In this document: in pieces, positions 25,296 through 33,127 of the stretch
Layout of the letters: each line of letters starts with the position of its first letter
Position numbering within the stretch: the first letter of the stretch is position 1
Assembly (NCBI GenBank): GCA_963715675.1
Contig: OY970265.1
Location: 2,822,677-2,862,676, forward strand
Length of the DNA: 40,000 nucleotides
Source: an uncultured Acidobacteriota bacterium
GTDB lineage: Bacteria > Acidobacteriota > Terriglobia > Terriglobales > Acidobacteriaceae
Direction: 5' to 3'
Notes under the pieces: model-generated
The model's database searches: none
Told to the model about the DNA's origin: nothing
What the model saw: the letters and a program-made list of their open reading frames with translations, nothing else
Made by a program: the position numbers and the translations under genes

Positions 25296-26247
25296 GGTGA
25301 CACTGTCAGGTAGAGTGTCAGGATGCAAGCTAAGAGCGGAAAACCACCCCGATCGGCACGGCTGGCGACCACCGGCGTGGAACTGAGCCGGGCGGCCCGC
25401 GTCCGCCTGGCCTGGATGGATTTCTATCGCCAGAATCAGAACGTGGCCCAGACCTGCCGTCACTTTGGCATCGCGCGGCAAACCTTTTACCGCTGGCAAC
25501 GGCGCTACGACCCGCTGGATTTGACCAGCCTGGAAGAGCGCAGTCATTGTCCTCATCACCGGCGGCTACCGACTTGGTCGTTTCCCTTATTAGAAAAGGT
25601 TTTGACTTTGCGGTTGCAGTTTCCTCGCTGGGGCAAAGACAAACTGGTGGTGCTGCTGCGCCAGCACGGTCAGGCGATTTCGACCTCGATGGTGGGACGG
25701 ATTCTGACTCATCTTACACAGCATGGCAGGATTGAGCCACCACCCCGCCGCGTGCCAGGATCGCGCCGGGCGCTGCGGCCCCGTCCCTATGCCGTGCGCA
25801 AACCCAAGCAGTACGCGGTGTCGGCCCCCGGCGATCTGGTTCAGGTCGATACCCTGGACGTGCGTCCGGTGCCCGGCGTGGTCTTCAAGCAGTTCACCGC
25901 TCGCGACGTGATCTCGCGCTGGGACGTGATTCAAGCTCACCCTCGCGCTACCGCTGCCAACGCCACCCAGTTCCTGGAAACTCTGTTGCACCGTATGCCG
26001 TTCCCCATCCGCGCCCTGCAGGTCGACGGCGGCAGCGAGTTCGCCGCCCAGTTCACCAACCGCACCCACACCGAGGAGTTTTATCAGGTCACTCCTTGCT
26101 CCCTGGAAATGAACAAGCTCAACCGCGAGCTGAGCGACTGGGAGCGCATCTACAATACCGTCCGCCCTCACCAGGCTTTGGGCTACTTAACCCCACGCCA
26201 GTTCTTGTCCCAATTCTCATCTCAACGAAAGGAATGAAAGTGTCACC
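25296..26247 (+). mobile_element. IS481-like/rve-type element, probably defective; boundaries uncertain
   Basis: GGTGACACT at 25296-25304 pairs with AGTGTCACC at 26239-26247 as a 9-bp IR. Subterminal TGTCAGG occurs twice at the left end. Confidence 0.4.
25323..26237 (+). CDS. rve-type (IS481-like) transposase, apparently missing the segment carrying the catalytic Glu
   Basis: An HTH (VAQTCRHFGIARQTFYRWQRRY) is followed by LVQVDTLDV (D) and LQVDGGSEFAAQF (D). The sequence then jumps directly to NRTHTEEFYQV, where relatives carry about 30 aa including NG.VER. Confidence 0.6.
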   Translation: MQAKSGKPPRSARLATTGVELSRAARVRLAWMDFYRQNQNVAQTCRHFGIARQTFYRWQRRYDPLDLTSLEERSHCPHHRRLPTWSFPLLEKVLTLRLQFPRWGKDKLVVLLRQHGQAISTSMVGRILTHLTQHGRIEPPPRRVPGSRRALRPRPYAVRKPKQYAVSAPGDLVQVDTLDVRPVPGVVFKQFTARDVISRWDVIQAHPRATAANATQFLETLLHRMPFPIRALQVDGGSEFAAQFTNRTHTEEFYQVTPCSLEMNKLNRELSDWERIYNTVRPHQALGYLTPRQFLSQFSSQRKE

Positions 26248-26426
26248 TATCCACTGGACGAGTACGAGTGCTTGCGCCGCCCGCCGATATTGTCTATGCT
26301 GTTCTCGGCCTGGTGGAAGGCCGCCGGTCCGCGTAAAGGGCGTAGCCCACTCACTAGCAGTTTCAGTCCAACCTGACTTCCAGCCCGAAAACCGCGGACA
26401 GCGGGCGATCGAGGAAGGAAGGTTCT

Positions 26427-27488
26427 ATGAGCGACACACCCAGTCGTTTTGTCCAGCCTGCGGGCAAACTTCCCGCCCGCGCAAATCTCGAACACGTAAG
26501 AAACGAAGCCAAGCAACGCCTCAAGACCATGCGTTCCGACAGTCCTGCCGTCCGGCTTTCCGAGGCGCAACTTCTGGTCGCACGCAGCTATGGGTTTCCA
26601 AGCTGGCGCAAGCTCAAGGCTTATGTCGACGCGCTGAGCGACTTTGGCCAGCAACTCATCAACGCGGTGCACGCCGGCGAACTGGAGACGATGCGGAAAA
26701 TCCTGGACCGGCATCCTGAACTGGTGAATGCGAGTGCGGAGCAGCCTCGGATCGATAGGCCTAGCGATACGCTCAGCATGCGGTTGCTGCACCTGGCAAT
26801 TGCGGAAGGCAAGGTCGACGTGTTGCGGCTCCTCATTGAACGTGGGGCGGACCTCAATGCGCGCAACGCCGATGGCCGATTGCCGTTACACGACTGCTTC
26901 GAGCTGAATCACGACGATTTCGCCAAAATCCTGCTGGACGCCGGGGCAGCGCCCGACGCGTGCACGACGGCAGCCTATGGGATGTACGACCAGCTCGAAC
27001 AGATTCTGAAGGGCGATCCAGGGAATGCCAACGATCTGACGACTGGTAATTCTCCGTTGAGTTGGGCGGCCTATGGCCATCAACCAAAGTCGGCGGCCAT
27101 CCTTTTTCAGCATGGCGCCGTTGCCGATCGCCCGCCGTACGACGCTTGCGCATGGGGGCCGGCGGCAATGGTCGCTTCTACCGATGTCGCACGGGTCCTG
27201 CTGGAACACGGAGCGAACCCGAACTGGCGGAATAAGGAAGGCAATACTCCGATTCATTGCGTCATCACCAGCCGCATCGTCCTGGATCCAGCAAAATTCG
27301 TACAACTTCTGCTCGATTTCGGCGCGGACGCAAGCCTTCGAAACCGCGAAGGTCGAACTCCCCTGGATGAGGCCGTTCTGCAGACGGGGAAAAATGCGGA
27401 GACCTACTTCCCAGTTCGACCGATAGCTCCGAAGCGGCTGGAGCAGACCATAGAGATTCTTCGCTCACGGTTGCGACCATCATGCTGA
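26427..27488 (+). CDS. ankyrin-repeat protein
   Basis: Ankyrin units include LLHLAIAEGKVDVLRLLIERGADLNARNADGRLPLH, SPLSWAAYGHQPKSAAILFQHGA and NTPIHCV...LLLDFGADASLRNREGRTPLD. A GAGGAAGGAAGG RBS is present. Confidence 0.85.
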   Translation: MSDTPSRFVQPAGKLPARANLEHVRNEAKQRLKTMRSDSPAVRLSEAQLLVARSYGFPSWRKLKAYVDALSDFGQQLINAVHAGELETMRKILDRHPELVNASAEQPRIDRPSDTLSMRLLHLAIAEGKVDVLRLLIERGADLNARNADGRLPLHDCFELNHDDFAKILLDAGAAPDACTTAAYGMYDQLEQILKGDPGNANDLTTGNSPLSWAAYGHQPKSAAILFQHGAVADRPPYDACAWGPAAMVASTDVARVLLEHGANPNWRNKEGNTPIHCVITSRIVLDPAKFVQLLLDFGADASLRNREGRTPLDEAVLQTGKNAETYFPVRPIAPKRLEQTIEILRSRLRPSC

Positions 27489-27641
27489 GCGCCTTGAAGC
27501 GGTTGGCTGTGCGCTCCCATGCCAGAGGGGTACTAGGGTTCTTGGCGTTGGCCGGCGAGCGGGAAACGGCCAGGCGCCACAATCCAGTACAATCGTCGTT
27601 CGACCTCCAGGCATCAGAAAGTGGCCGGAGACCATTCTCTT

Positions 27642-28523
27642 ATGACTATGCGCGTTCGCAAAGCCGTGTTCCCCGCCGCCGGACTGGGCACCCGTTTCCT
27701 GCCCGCCACCAAGGCCCAACCCAAGGAGATGCTTCCGCTGGTCGATAAGCCGGTGATTCAGTACGGCGTGGAAGAGGCTATGGCCTCCGGTTGTGATCAG
27801 ATCATCATTATTACTGGCCGCGGTAAGCAGGCGATTGAAGACCACTTCGACGTCAGCTACGAGTTGGAGAAGATGCTTGAGGAGCGCGGGAAGACTGACC
27901 TGCTCCAAATCGTGCGGCAGATCTCTGACATGATTCACGTCGCCTACGTCCGCCAGAAAGAAGCGATGGGGCTGGGGCATGCCGTGCTCATGGCGCGTGA
28001 ATTAGTGGGAAACGAACCGTTCGCCGTGCTGTTGGCGGACGACGTTATTGATGCGCATCCTCCATGTCTGAAGCAGATGGTCGACGTCTTCAACCAGATG
28101 CAATGCTCCGTGATCGCCACCCAGATCGTGGAAGGCGAGGCCATTTCCGCGTACGGCGTGCTCGACGTCAAGCCGGTCCAGGGACGCGGCAACGGCAGGC
28201 TTTTCGAAATCCTGAACATGGTGGAGAAGCCGAAACTCAAGGACGCGCCGTCGAACAAGGCAATCATCGGGCGATACATTCTGACCCCCACCGTGTTTGA
28301 AACCCTGGCCGAAACGAAGCTGGGAACGGGAGGAGAACTACAGCTCACCGACGGCATGAAGCTCCTGCTGAAGCGCGAAAAGATGTACGCCTACGTCTAC
28401 GAAGGCACCCGTCACGATACTGGCGACAAGCTGGGATTCTTGAAGGCAACCGTCGAGTTCGCCCTCAAACGGAAAGACCTGGGCGGACCCTTCCGGGAAT
28501 ATTTGAAGGGGCTCAAGCTGTAG
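27642..28523 (+). CDS. galU: UTP--glucose-1-phosphate uridylyltransferase
   Basis: KAVFPAAGLGTRFLPATKAQPKEMLPLVDKPVIQYGVEEA...GLGHAV...VLLADD...VEKP is typical of GalU. The ATG at 27642 is preferred to the listed GTG at 27621. Confidence 0.92.
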   Translation: MTMRVRKAVFPAAGLGTRFLPATKAQPKEMLPLVDKPVIQYGVEEAMASGCDQIIIITGRGKQAIEDHFDVSYELEKMLEERGKTDLLQIVRQISDMIHVAYVRQKEAMGLGHAVLMARELVGNEPFAVLLADDVIDAHPPCLKQMVDVFNQMQCSVIATQIVEGEAISAYGVLDVKPVQGRGNGRLFEILNMVEKPKLKDAPSNKAIIGRYILTPTVFETLAETKLGTGGELQLTDGMKLLLKREKMYAYVYEGTRHDTGDKLGFLKATVEFALKRKDLGGPFREYLKGLKL

Positions 28524-28550
28524 CCGGTGCCGTAGAGGTTGTTCAGATTT

Positions 28551-29057
28551 CTAACTTCCCAGCGTGATCTTCAGTTTTCTGGACTTTTCTTCGACGCTGT
28601 TCGCTAACTGTTCTTTGTGCGCTTCCAGCTTCTTGGCCACGGCGGCACTGGCAAGGCCCAGAATCTGAGCGGCCAGGATTCCGGCGTTGGTCGCGCCGGG
28701 TTTTCCGATGGCGACAGTAGCAACGGGAATACCGGCCGGCATCTGAACCGTCGCCAGCAGTGAGTCGAGACCATTCAGAGCAGTCGAGGGAATCGGCACT
28801 CCGATCACGGGCACCGTCGTATGGGCGGCGATCACGCCGGCCAAATGCGCGGCGCCACCAGCACCGGCAATGATAACCTTGATGCCGTGGCCGCCCGCTT
28901 TGCGGGCAAACTCCGCAGTGCGCTCCGGGGAACGGTGTGCGGAAGTTACATCGATCTCGTAGGCGATCCCGAAATCCTCAAGCGCCTTTGCCGCCTCGCG
29001 CATGATGTCGAGATCGGAATCGCTGCCCATCACAATCGAAACCTGTGGCTTGCTCAT
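28551..29057 (-). CDS. purE: 5-(carboxyamino)imidazole ribonucleotide mutase
   Basis: VSIVMGSDSDLDIM...VTSAHRSPERT...VIIAGAGGAAHLAGVIAAHTTVPVIGVP is typical of PurE. Confidence 0.93.
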   Translation of the reverse strand: MSKPQVSIVMGSDSDLDIMREAAKALEDFGIAYEIDVTSAHRSPERTAEFARKAGGHGIKVIIAGAGGAAHLAGVIAAHTTVPVIGVPIPSTALNGLDSLLATVQMPAGIPVATVAIGKPGATNAGILAAQILGLASAAVAKKLEAHKEQLANSVEEKSRKLKITLGS

Positions 29058-29095
29058 AAGAGTTCACCTTCCCTGATCTTCAACTAGACCTTATT

Positions 29096-29162
29096 CACCA
29101 CAGAAACACAGAGAAGACAAGAAACAATGAAGAGACTTCTGTGCCTCTGCGTCTCCGTGGTA
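29096..29162 (-). repeat. REP-like hairpin between purD and purE, fully paired only in the minus-strand (transcript) sense
   Basis: CACCACAGAAACACAGAG (29096-29113) pairs with CTCTGCGTCTCCGTGGTA (29145-29162) at 14/18 Watson-Crick positions. All four mismatches become G-U pairs in the minus-strand RNA. Confidence 0.5.
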
Positions 29163-29184
29163 GGGGTTAGCCTTTCTCGCCCGC

Positions 29185-30456
29185 TTACTTCTTCAGCGCC
29201 CGCACCGCAATGTCTTTCCGATAATGCGCGCCTTCGAAACTGATCCGCGCGACTGCCTCGTAGGCCCGATCGACCGCGGCTTTCAGTTCGGGTGCGCGGG
29301 CCGTGACTCCCAGGACGCGTCCGCCAGAAGTGAAATACGCTCCATCGCGCAGGGTTGTGCCGGCGTGAAACACTTTCACGCCCTCCAGGCTGTCCGCCGC
29401 GTCGATCCCCGCAATCTTCTTGCCTGCCTCAAACGTACCCGGATAACCGCCGGACGCCATCACCACGCAAACCGAGGCATCCGGGGACCAGTGGAAATCG
29501 CCCTCGCTGACCCGGCCTTCTACTGCCGCCTGCAGCGCATCCACTAGATCGCTTTCCAAGCGCATCAGGATGGGCTGAGTTTCCGGATCGCCAAAACGGC
29601 AGTTGAATTCCAGAACCATGGGGCCGCGAGCGGTCATCATGAGTCCACAGTAGAGAATGCCCTTGTATTCCGCACCTTCCGCCTTCATGCCGTCGACTAC
29701 CGGGCGCGCAACATGCTGCAGCAGCCAATTCTGCATTTGGGGATCCAGCAGGGTCTCGGTGGAGTACGCTCCCATACCACCGGTGTTCGGCCCCGTGTCG
29801 TCATCGCCCACGCGCTTGTGGTCCTGCGCCGCAACCAGTGGCACCACGCGTTCACCGTCACTCACCACCAGGAATGAAAGCTCTTCGCCCTGCAGGCATT
29901 CCTCCAGCACCACTCGCGCGCCCGCCTCCCCGACCATCCTGCCACTTAGCATCTCACTGGCGATGCCGATCGCGTCATCTTTGGTTTTGCAGAGAACGAC
30001 ACCCTTTCCCGCCGCCAAACCATCCGCCTTCACCACAACCGGCATATGGAAGTGGGTTAGCGCGCGGTGGACTTGATCCATCGAGTCACAAATAGCGTAA
30101 TGCGCGGTCGGAATCTGGTAGCGCTGCATGAACTCCTTGGCGAAGCTCTTGCTGGATTCCAATCGGGCCGCCGCCTGGGTTGGGCCAAAGACCGGCCAAC
30201 CGTGACGACGGAATTCGTCCACCACACCCAGGGTCAAGGGCACCTCCGGGCCGATCACGGCGAGGTCCGGCTGAATCCGCTGGCCCAGTGCAACCAGCGC
30301 ATCGACGTTCTTCAAGTCCACGGGCAGACACTCGGCTTCCGCCGCGATTCCTCCGTTGCCGGAAGCACAATAGAGTTTCGTGACGCGCGGAGACTGCCGC
30401 AGCTTCCAGACCAGCGCGTGTTCACGCCCCCCACTGCCAATGACTAGGACCTTCAT
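29185..30456 (-). CDS. purD: phosphoribosylamine--glycine ligase
   Basis: MKVLVIGSGGREHALVWKL..., an ATP-grasp core and the C-terminal GGRVLGVTA are typical of PurD. Confidence 0.93.
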   Translation of the reverse strand: MKVLVIGSGGREHALVWKLRQSPRVTKLYCASGNGGIAAEAECLPVDLKNVDALVALGQRIQPDLAVIGPEVPLTLGVVDEFRRHGWPVFGPTQAAARLESSKSFAKEFMQRYQIPTAHYAICDSMDQVHRALTHFHMPVVVKADGLAAGKGVVLCKTKDDAIGIASEMLSGRMVGEAGARVVLEECLQGEELSFLVVSDGERVVPLVAAQDHKRVGDDDTGPNTGGMGAYSTETLLDPQMQNWLLQHVARPVVDGMKAEGAEYKGILYCGLMMTARGPMVLEFNCRFGDPETQPILMRLESDLVDALQAAVEGRVSEGDFHWSPDASVCVVMASGGYPGTFEAGKKIAGIDAADSLEGVKVFHAGTTLRDGAYFTSGGRVLGVTARAPELKAAVDRAYEAVARISFEGAHYRKDIAVRALKK

Positions 30457-30525
30457 AGCTCAGGAAAGACTTAAGGGTAGGGGGTCGAAAGAGGGATGTC
30501 AAACGGGGGCGGCGGAATTGACTCA

Positions 30526-30628
30526 TTGAGTGATTGAATCATTGAATCATTGAATCAATGGAACCCGACTGCAAGCTCCACAAGAGCACCGTTCCATGAT
30601 TCAATGATTCAATGATTCAATCCCTCAG
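30526..30628. promoter_or_regulatory. large inverted repeat built from tandem 8-mers (TGAATCAT) in the purD / dtxR-like divergent region
   Basis: The left arm is TGAGTGATTGAATCATTGAATCATTGAATCAATGGAAC. The right arm is GTTCCATGATTCAATGATTCAATGATTCAATCCCTCA. A 27-bp spacer separates them. The right arm ends 4 nt before the predicted -35. Confidence 0.5.
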
Positions 30629-30632
30629 TTCA

Positions 30633-30661
30633 TTAACTACGCTTAACCTCTGACGTATAAT
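30633..30661 (+). promoter_or_regulatory. sigma70-like promoter for the DtxR-family gene (near-leaderless)
   Basis: TTAACT (30633-30638), a 17-nt spacer, then TATAAT (30656-30661). The ATG at 30670 is only 8 nt downstream of the -10. Confidence 0.5.
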
Positions 30662-30669
30662 CTTCCACA

Positions 30670-31350
30670 ATGATCACCGGATCCAAGGAAGACTATCTCA
30701 AGGCAATTCTCGAGGCCGAGAGCGAAGGTGAAACCGTTATCTCGGCTATTTTGGCGCACCGGCTTTCGGTTTCACCGCCGGCGGTGACCATGGCCCTGCG
30801 CCGTCTGAAAAAAGACGGGCTGGTTCGAGTGCAAGCCGGTGGGCACGTGGAGCTCACCTCGGCGGGCCGCAAGATCGCGCGCAAGCTGGCGCTCCGGCAC
30901 CACCTCATCGAGCGCATGCTCTCCGAGATTTTCGGCATGGAATGGTACAAGGTGCACGATGAAGCCGAGCGTCTGGAGCACGCGGTGTCATTTGACTTCG
31001 AGGCCAAATTACTGGCCAAACTGGGCAGTAGCGGCGCTTGTCCGCACGGCAACCTCAGCGAAATGGAGAGCCCGGCGAGCCGCCGTCGCCGAGGCTTGCT
31101 GTTGCTCGCTCAAGCCGAGGCGGGCAAGCACTTCAGGGTAAGCGGAATCTACGAGCGGGACCGGCGATTGCTCGAATTCCTCGAGGAGCGCGGCATACGG
31201 CCGGGGTCCCGGATTCGGGTTTCTGGGCGGAATTACGATCAAACCCTTACCCTTGCCACCGATGCTGGCACCGTCTCTGTTGGTCCAGCCGCAGCGGAGA
31301 AAGTTTGGGTGGTTGCCGACCACGCCAGGAAAGCGGTCAACCGCCCCTGA
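30670..31350 (+). CDS. DtxR/MntR-family metal-dependent transcriptional regulator with C-terminal FeoA/SH3-like domain
   Basis: EDYLKAILEAESEGETV...LAHRLSVSPPAVTMALRRLKKDGLV... is followed by HHLIERMLSEIFGMEW...VHDEAERLEHAVS...CPHGN. The C-terminus FRVSGIYERDRRLLEFLEERGIRPGSRIRV is FeoA-like. Confidence 0.85.
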   Translation: MITGSKEDYLKAILEAESEGETVISAILAHRLSVSPPAVTMALRRLKKDGLVRVQAGGHVELTSAGRKIARKLALRHHLIERMLSEIFGMEWYKVHDEAERLEHAVSFDFEAKLLAKLGSSGACPHGNLSEMESPASRRRRGLLLLAQAEAGKHFRVSGIYERDRRLLEFLEERGIRPGSRIRVSGRNYDQTLTLATDAGTVSVGPAAAEKVWVVADHARKAVNRP

Positions 31351-31457
31351 GTTTACCCTCTCCCACACTTTCCTCAGTTTTCGCTTTCCCCATTGCATTA
31401 ACTATGGTTTACTAATCCATGTGTACTTACGCTAACCTGCAAAGATGATAGCAGCGG

Positions 31458-32849
31458 ATGGCGCATTTCTCCAGGACGCTGAACGGCTTGGCTTCCATAC
31501 CCGGCAACGACGCAGTCGTCATTACCCACGAAGACGTGGATCGGGCGCATGATCGCGTGCGGGTGTCGGCCGCACGGGCCCAACGGGGCTTCTTCTCCAG
31601 GGCGCGGTTGCTGTGGTTGCTGGTGGGGCCGGGGGTACTGGTCATGCTGGGAGAGAATGACGGGCCCAGCATGTTGTCCTACGCGGCCACCGGCGCAAAG
31701 TTTGGCGTCGGATTCTTCCTCCCTTTTGTCGCGCTGACGTTTTGCATGGCGATCGTGGTGCAGGAGATGACCGTCCGCCTGGGAGCCGCTACCCATCGCG
31801 GGCACGCCGAGCTGATCTTCGACCGCTTCGGGCCATTCTGGGGCTGGTTCTCGATGATCGACCTGGCCATCGGAAACTTCCTGACGCTCATCACGGAGTT
31901 CATTGCAATCCGCGCCGGCTTGGGGTTCTTCGGAGTGCGGCCCTGGGTAGCGATCGTGATTGCGCTTGTTATCCTCTACTCGGCCCTGGTGACTCACCGC
32001 TATTGGACATGGGAACGGATCACGCTGGCCGCCGCCGCATTCAACCTGGTGTTCATTCCGGTGGCGCTCATGACCCATCCGAACTGGCACGCGGTGCGCC
32101 ACGCCATGATCACATGGCAACCGCTTCCCGGCTTCAACAAGGACACTCTACTGATCGTGCTGGCCGACATCGGCGCGACGGTCACACCCTGGATGCTGTT
32201 CTTCCAGCAGAGCGCCACCGTCGACAAAGGAATGACCAGGAAAGACATTCGCTTCGGCCGCATTGACACGGTATTGGGGGCGGCACTGGCAACCGCAGCA
32301 GCGGCGGCTACGATCCTGGCGACGGCACCGCTGTTCGTCCATAAGATGACAGCAGATAATTTCCAGGCGGCCGAGTTCGCCCAGGCGCTTCAGCCAATTA
32401 TCGGGCGATTTGGCGCCTCCCTGTTTGCCCTGGGGATGGTCGAGGCTGGAATCGTCGCCATGATCACGATTTCCACCTCTTCGGCATATGCCTTCGGAGA
32501 GGTCACCCACAAACCGCACAGCCTGAATCTGCCCATGGGACAAGGCAAGGCTTTCTATGGAGTGCTGACTCTGTGCGCGGTGGCGGCGGCGGGAATTGTT
32601 CTGATTCCGGGGTTGCCGCTGGTCTATGTGGTGCTGGTGGTGAACGTGGTTGCAGTTCTGGCGATGCCGCCGGCGCTGGTGTTTCTGTTCATGCTGGTGA
32701 ATGACAAGGAAGTCATGGGCGACCTGGTGAATCCGCTTTGGGCAAACATACTGTCCTCGGGTGTCGTATTTCTGTTGACCACAGCAGGCGTGCTTTTCGG
32801 GATCAGCGTAATTGCGCCGAATATTTTTGCGGCTTTGGGCGGGAATTAG
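31458..32849 (+). CDS. mntH: Nramp/SLC11-family divalent-cation transporter with non-canonical metal-site motifs
   Basis: 463 aa and polytopic, with overall Nramp layout (LVGPGVLVMLGENDGPSMLSYAATGAKFG). The canonical DPGN is DGPS here, and the canonical (A)xxMPHN is TVTPWM (GATVTPWMLFFQQS). Confidence 0.75.
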   Translation: MAHFSRTLNGLASIPGNDAVVITHEDVDRAHDRVRVSAARAQRGFFSRARLLWLLVGPGVLVMLGENDGPSMLSYAATGAKFGVGFFLPFVALTFCMAIVVQEMTVRLGAATHRGHAELIFDRFGPFWGWFSMIDLAIGNFLTLITEFIAIRAGLGFFGVRPWVAIVIALVILYSALVTHRYWTWERITLAAAAFNLVFIPVALMTHPNWHAVRHAMITWQPLPGFNKDTLLIVLADIGATVTPWMLFFQQSATVDKGMTRKDIRFGRIDTVLGAALATAAAAATILATAPLFVHKMTADNFQAAEFAQALQPIIGRFGASLFALGMVEAGIVAMITISTSSAYAFGEVTHKPHSLNLPMGQGKAFYGVLTLCAVAAAGIVLIPGLPLVYVVLVVNVVAVLAMPPALVFLFMLVNDKEVMGDLVNPLWANILSSGVVFLLTTAGVLFGISVIAPNIFAALGGN

Positions 32850-32862
32850 GAGGACCGGGCTT

Positions 32863-33081
32863 ATGGTGAAAAAAGAGGAAGCGCCAGTTTTGATCTCCAG
32901 TTCGGATCAGAACCTGGTTTTGTCGCTGCTGGAGCACGATCAGCTGGCGCGGGCAAAGAAGCACCTGATTCCGCGGCGGCACCTCAAGGGACCTGAACTG
33001 GTCGTCCTCTGGGCGCTGCGACTCTACCTTTTGTTCATGATGGCAGTGGTCGGATACCAGGTGTGGATCGCGGCGCGGTAG
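32863..33081 (+). CDS. small membrane protein (72 aa) downstream of the Nramp gene
   Basis: ATG at 32863 lies 9 nt after GGAGGA. There is a single C-terminal TM segment, LVVLWALRLYLLFMMAVVGYQVWI. Confidence 0.5.
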   Translation: MVKKEEAPVLISSSDQNLVLSLLEHDQLARAKKHLIPRRHLKGPELVVLWALRLYLLFMMAVVGYQVWIAAR

Positions 33082-33127
33082 CGTTGCGTCCTTCCCGAAT
33101 TGGGATGAAGTTTACTGTTTTGAACGG

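Noticed and set aside
30517-30634. Tandem TGAATCAT units considered as a possible mini CRISPR array, given the Cas1 gene elsewhere in the window.
   Set aside because: The units are 8 bp with no spacers, are arranged as one inverted repeat, and lie 20 kb from the Cas1-like gene. This is not CRISPR architecture.
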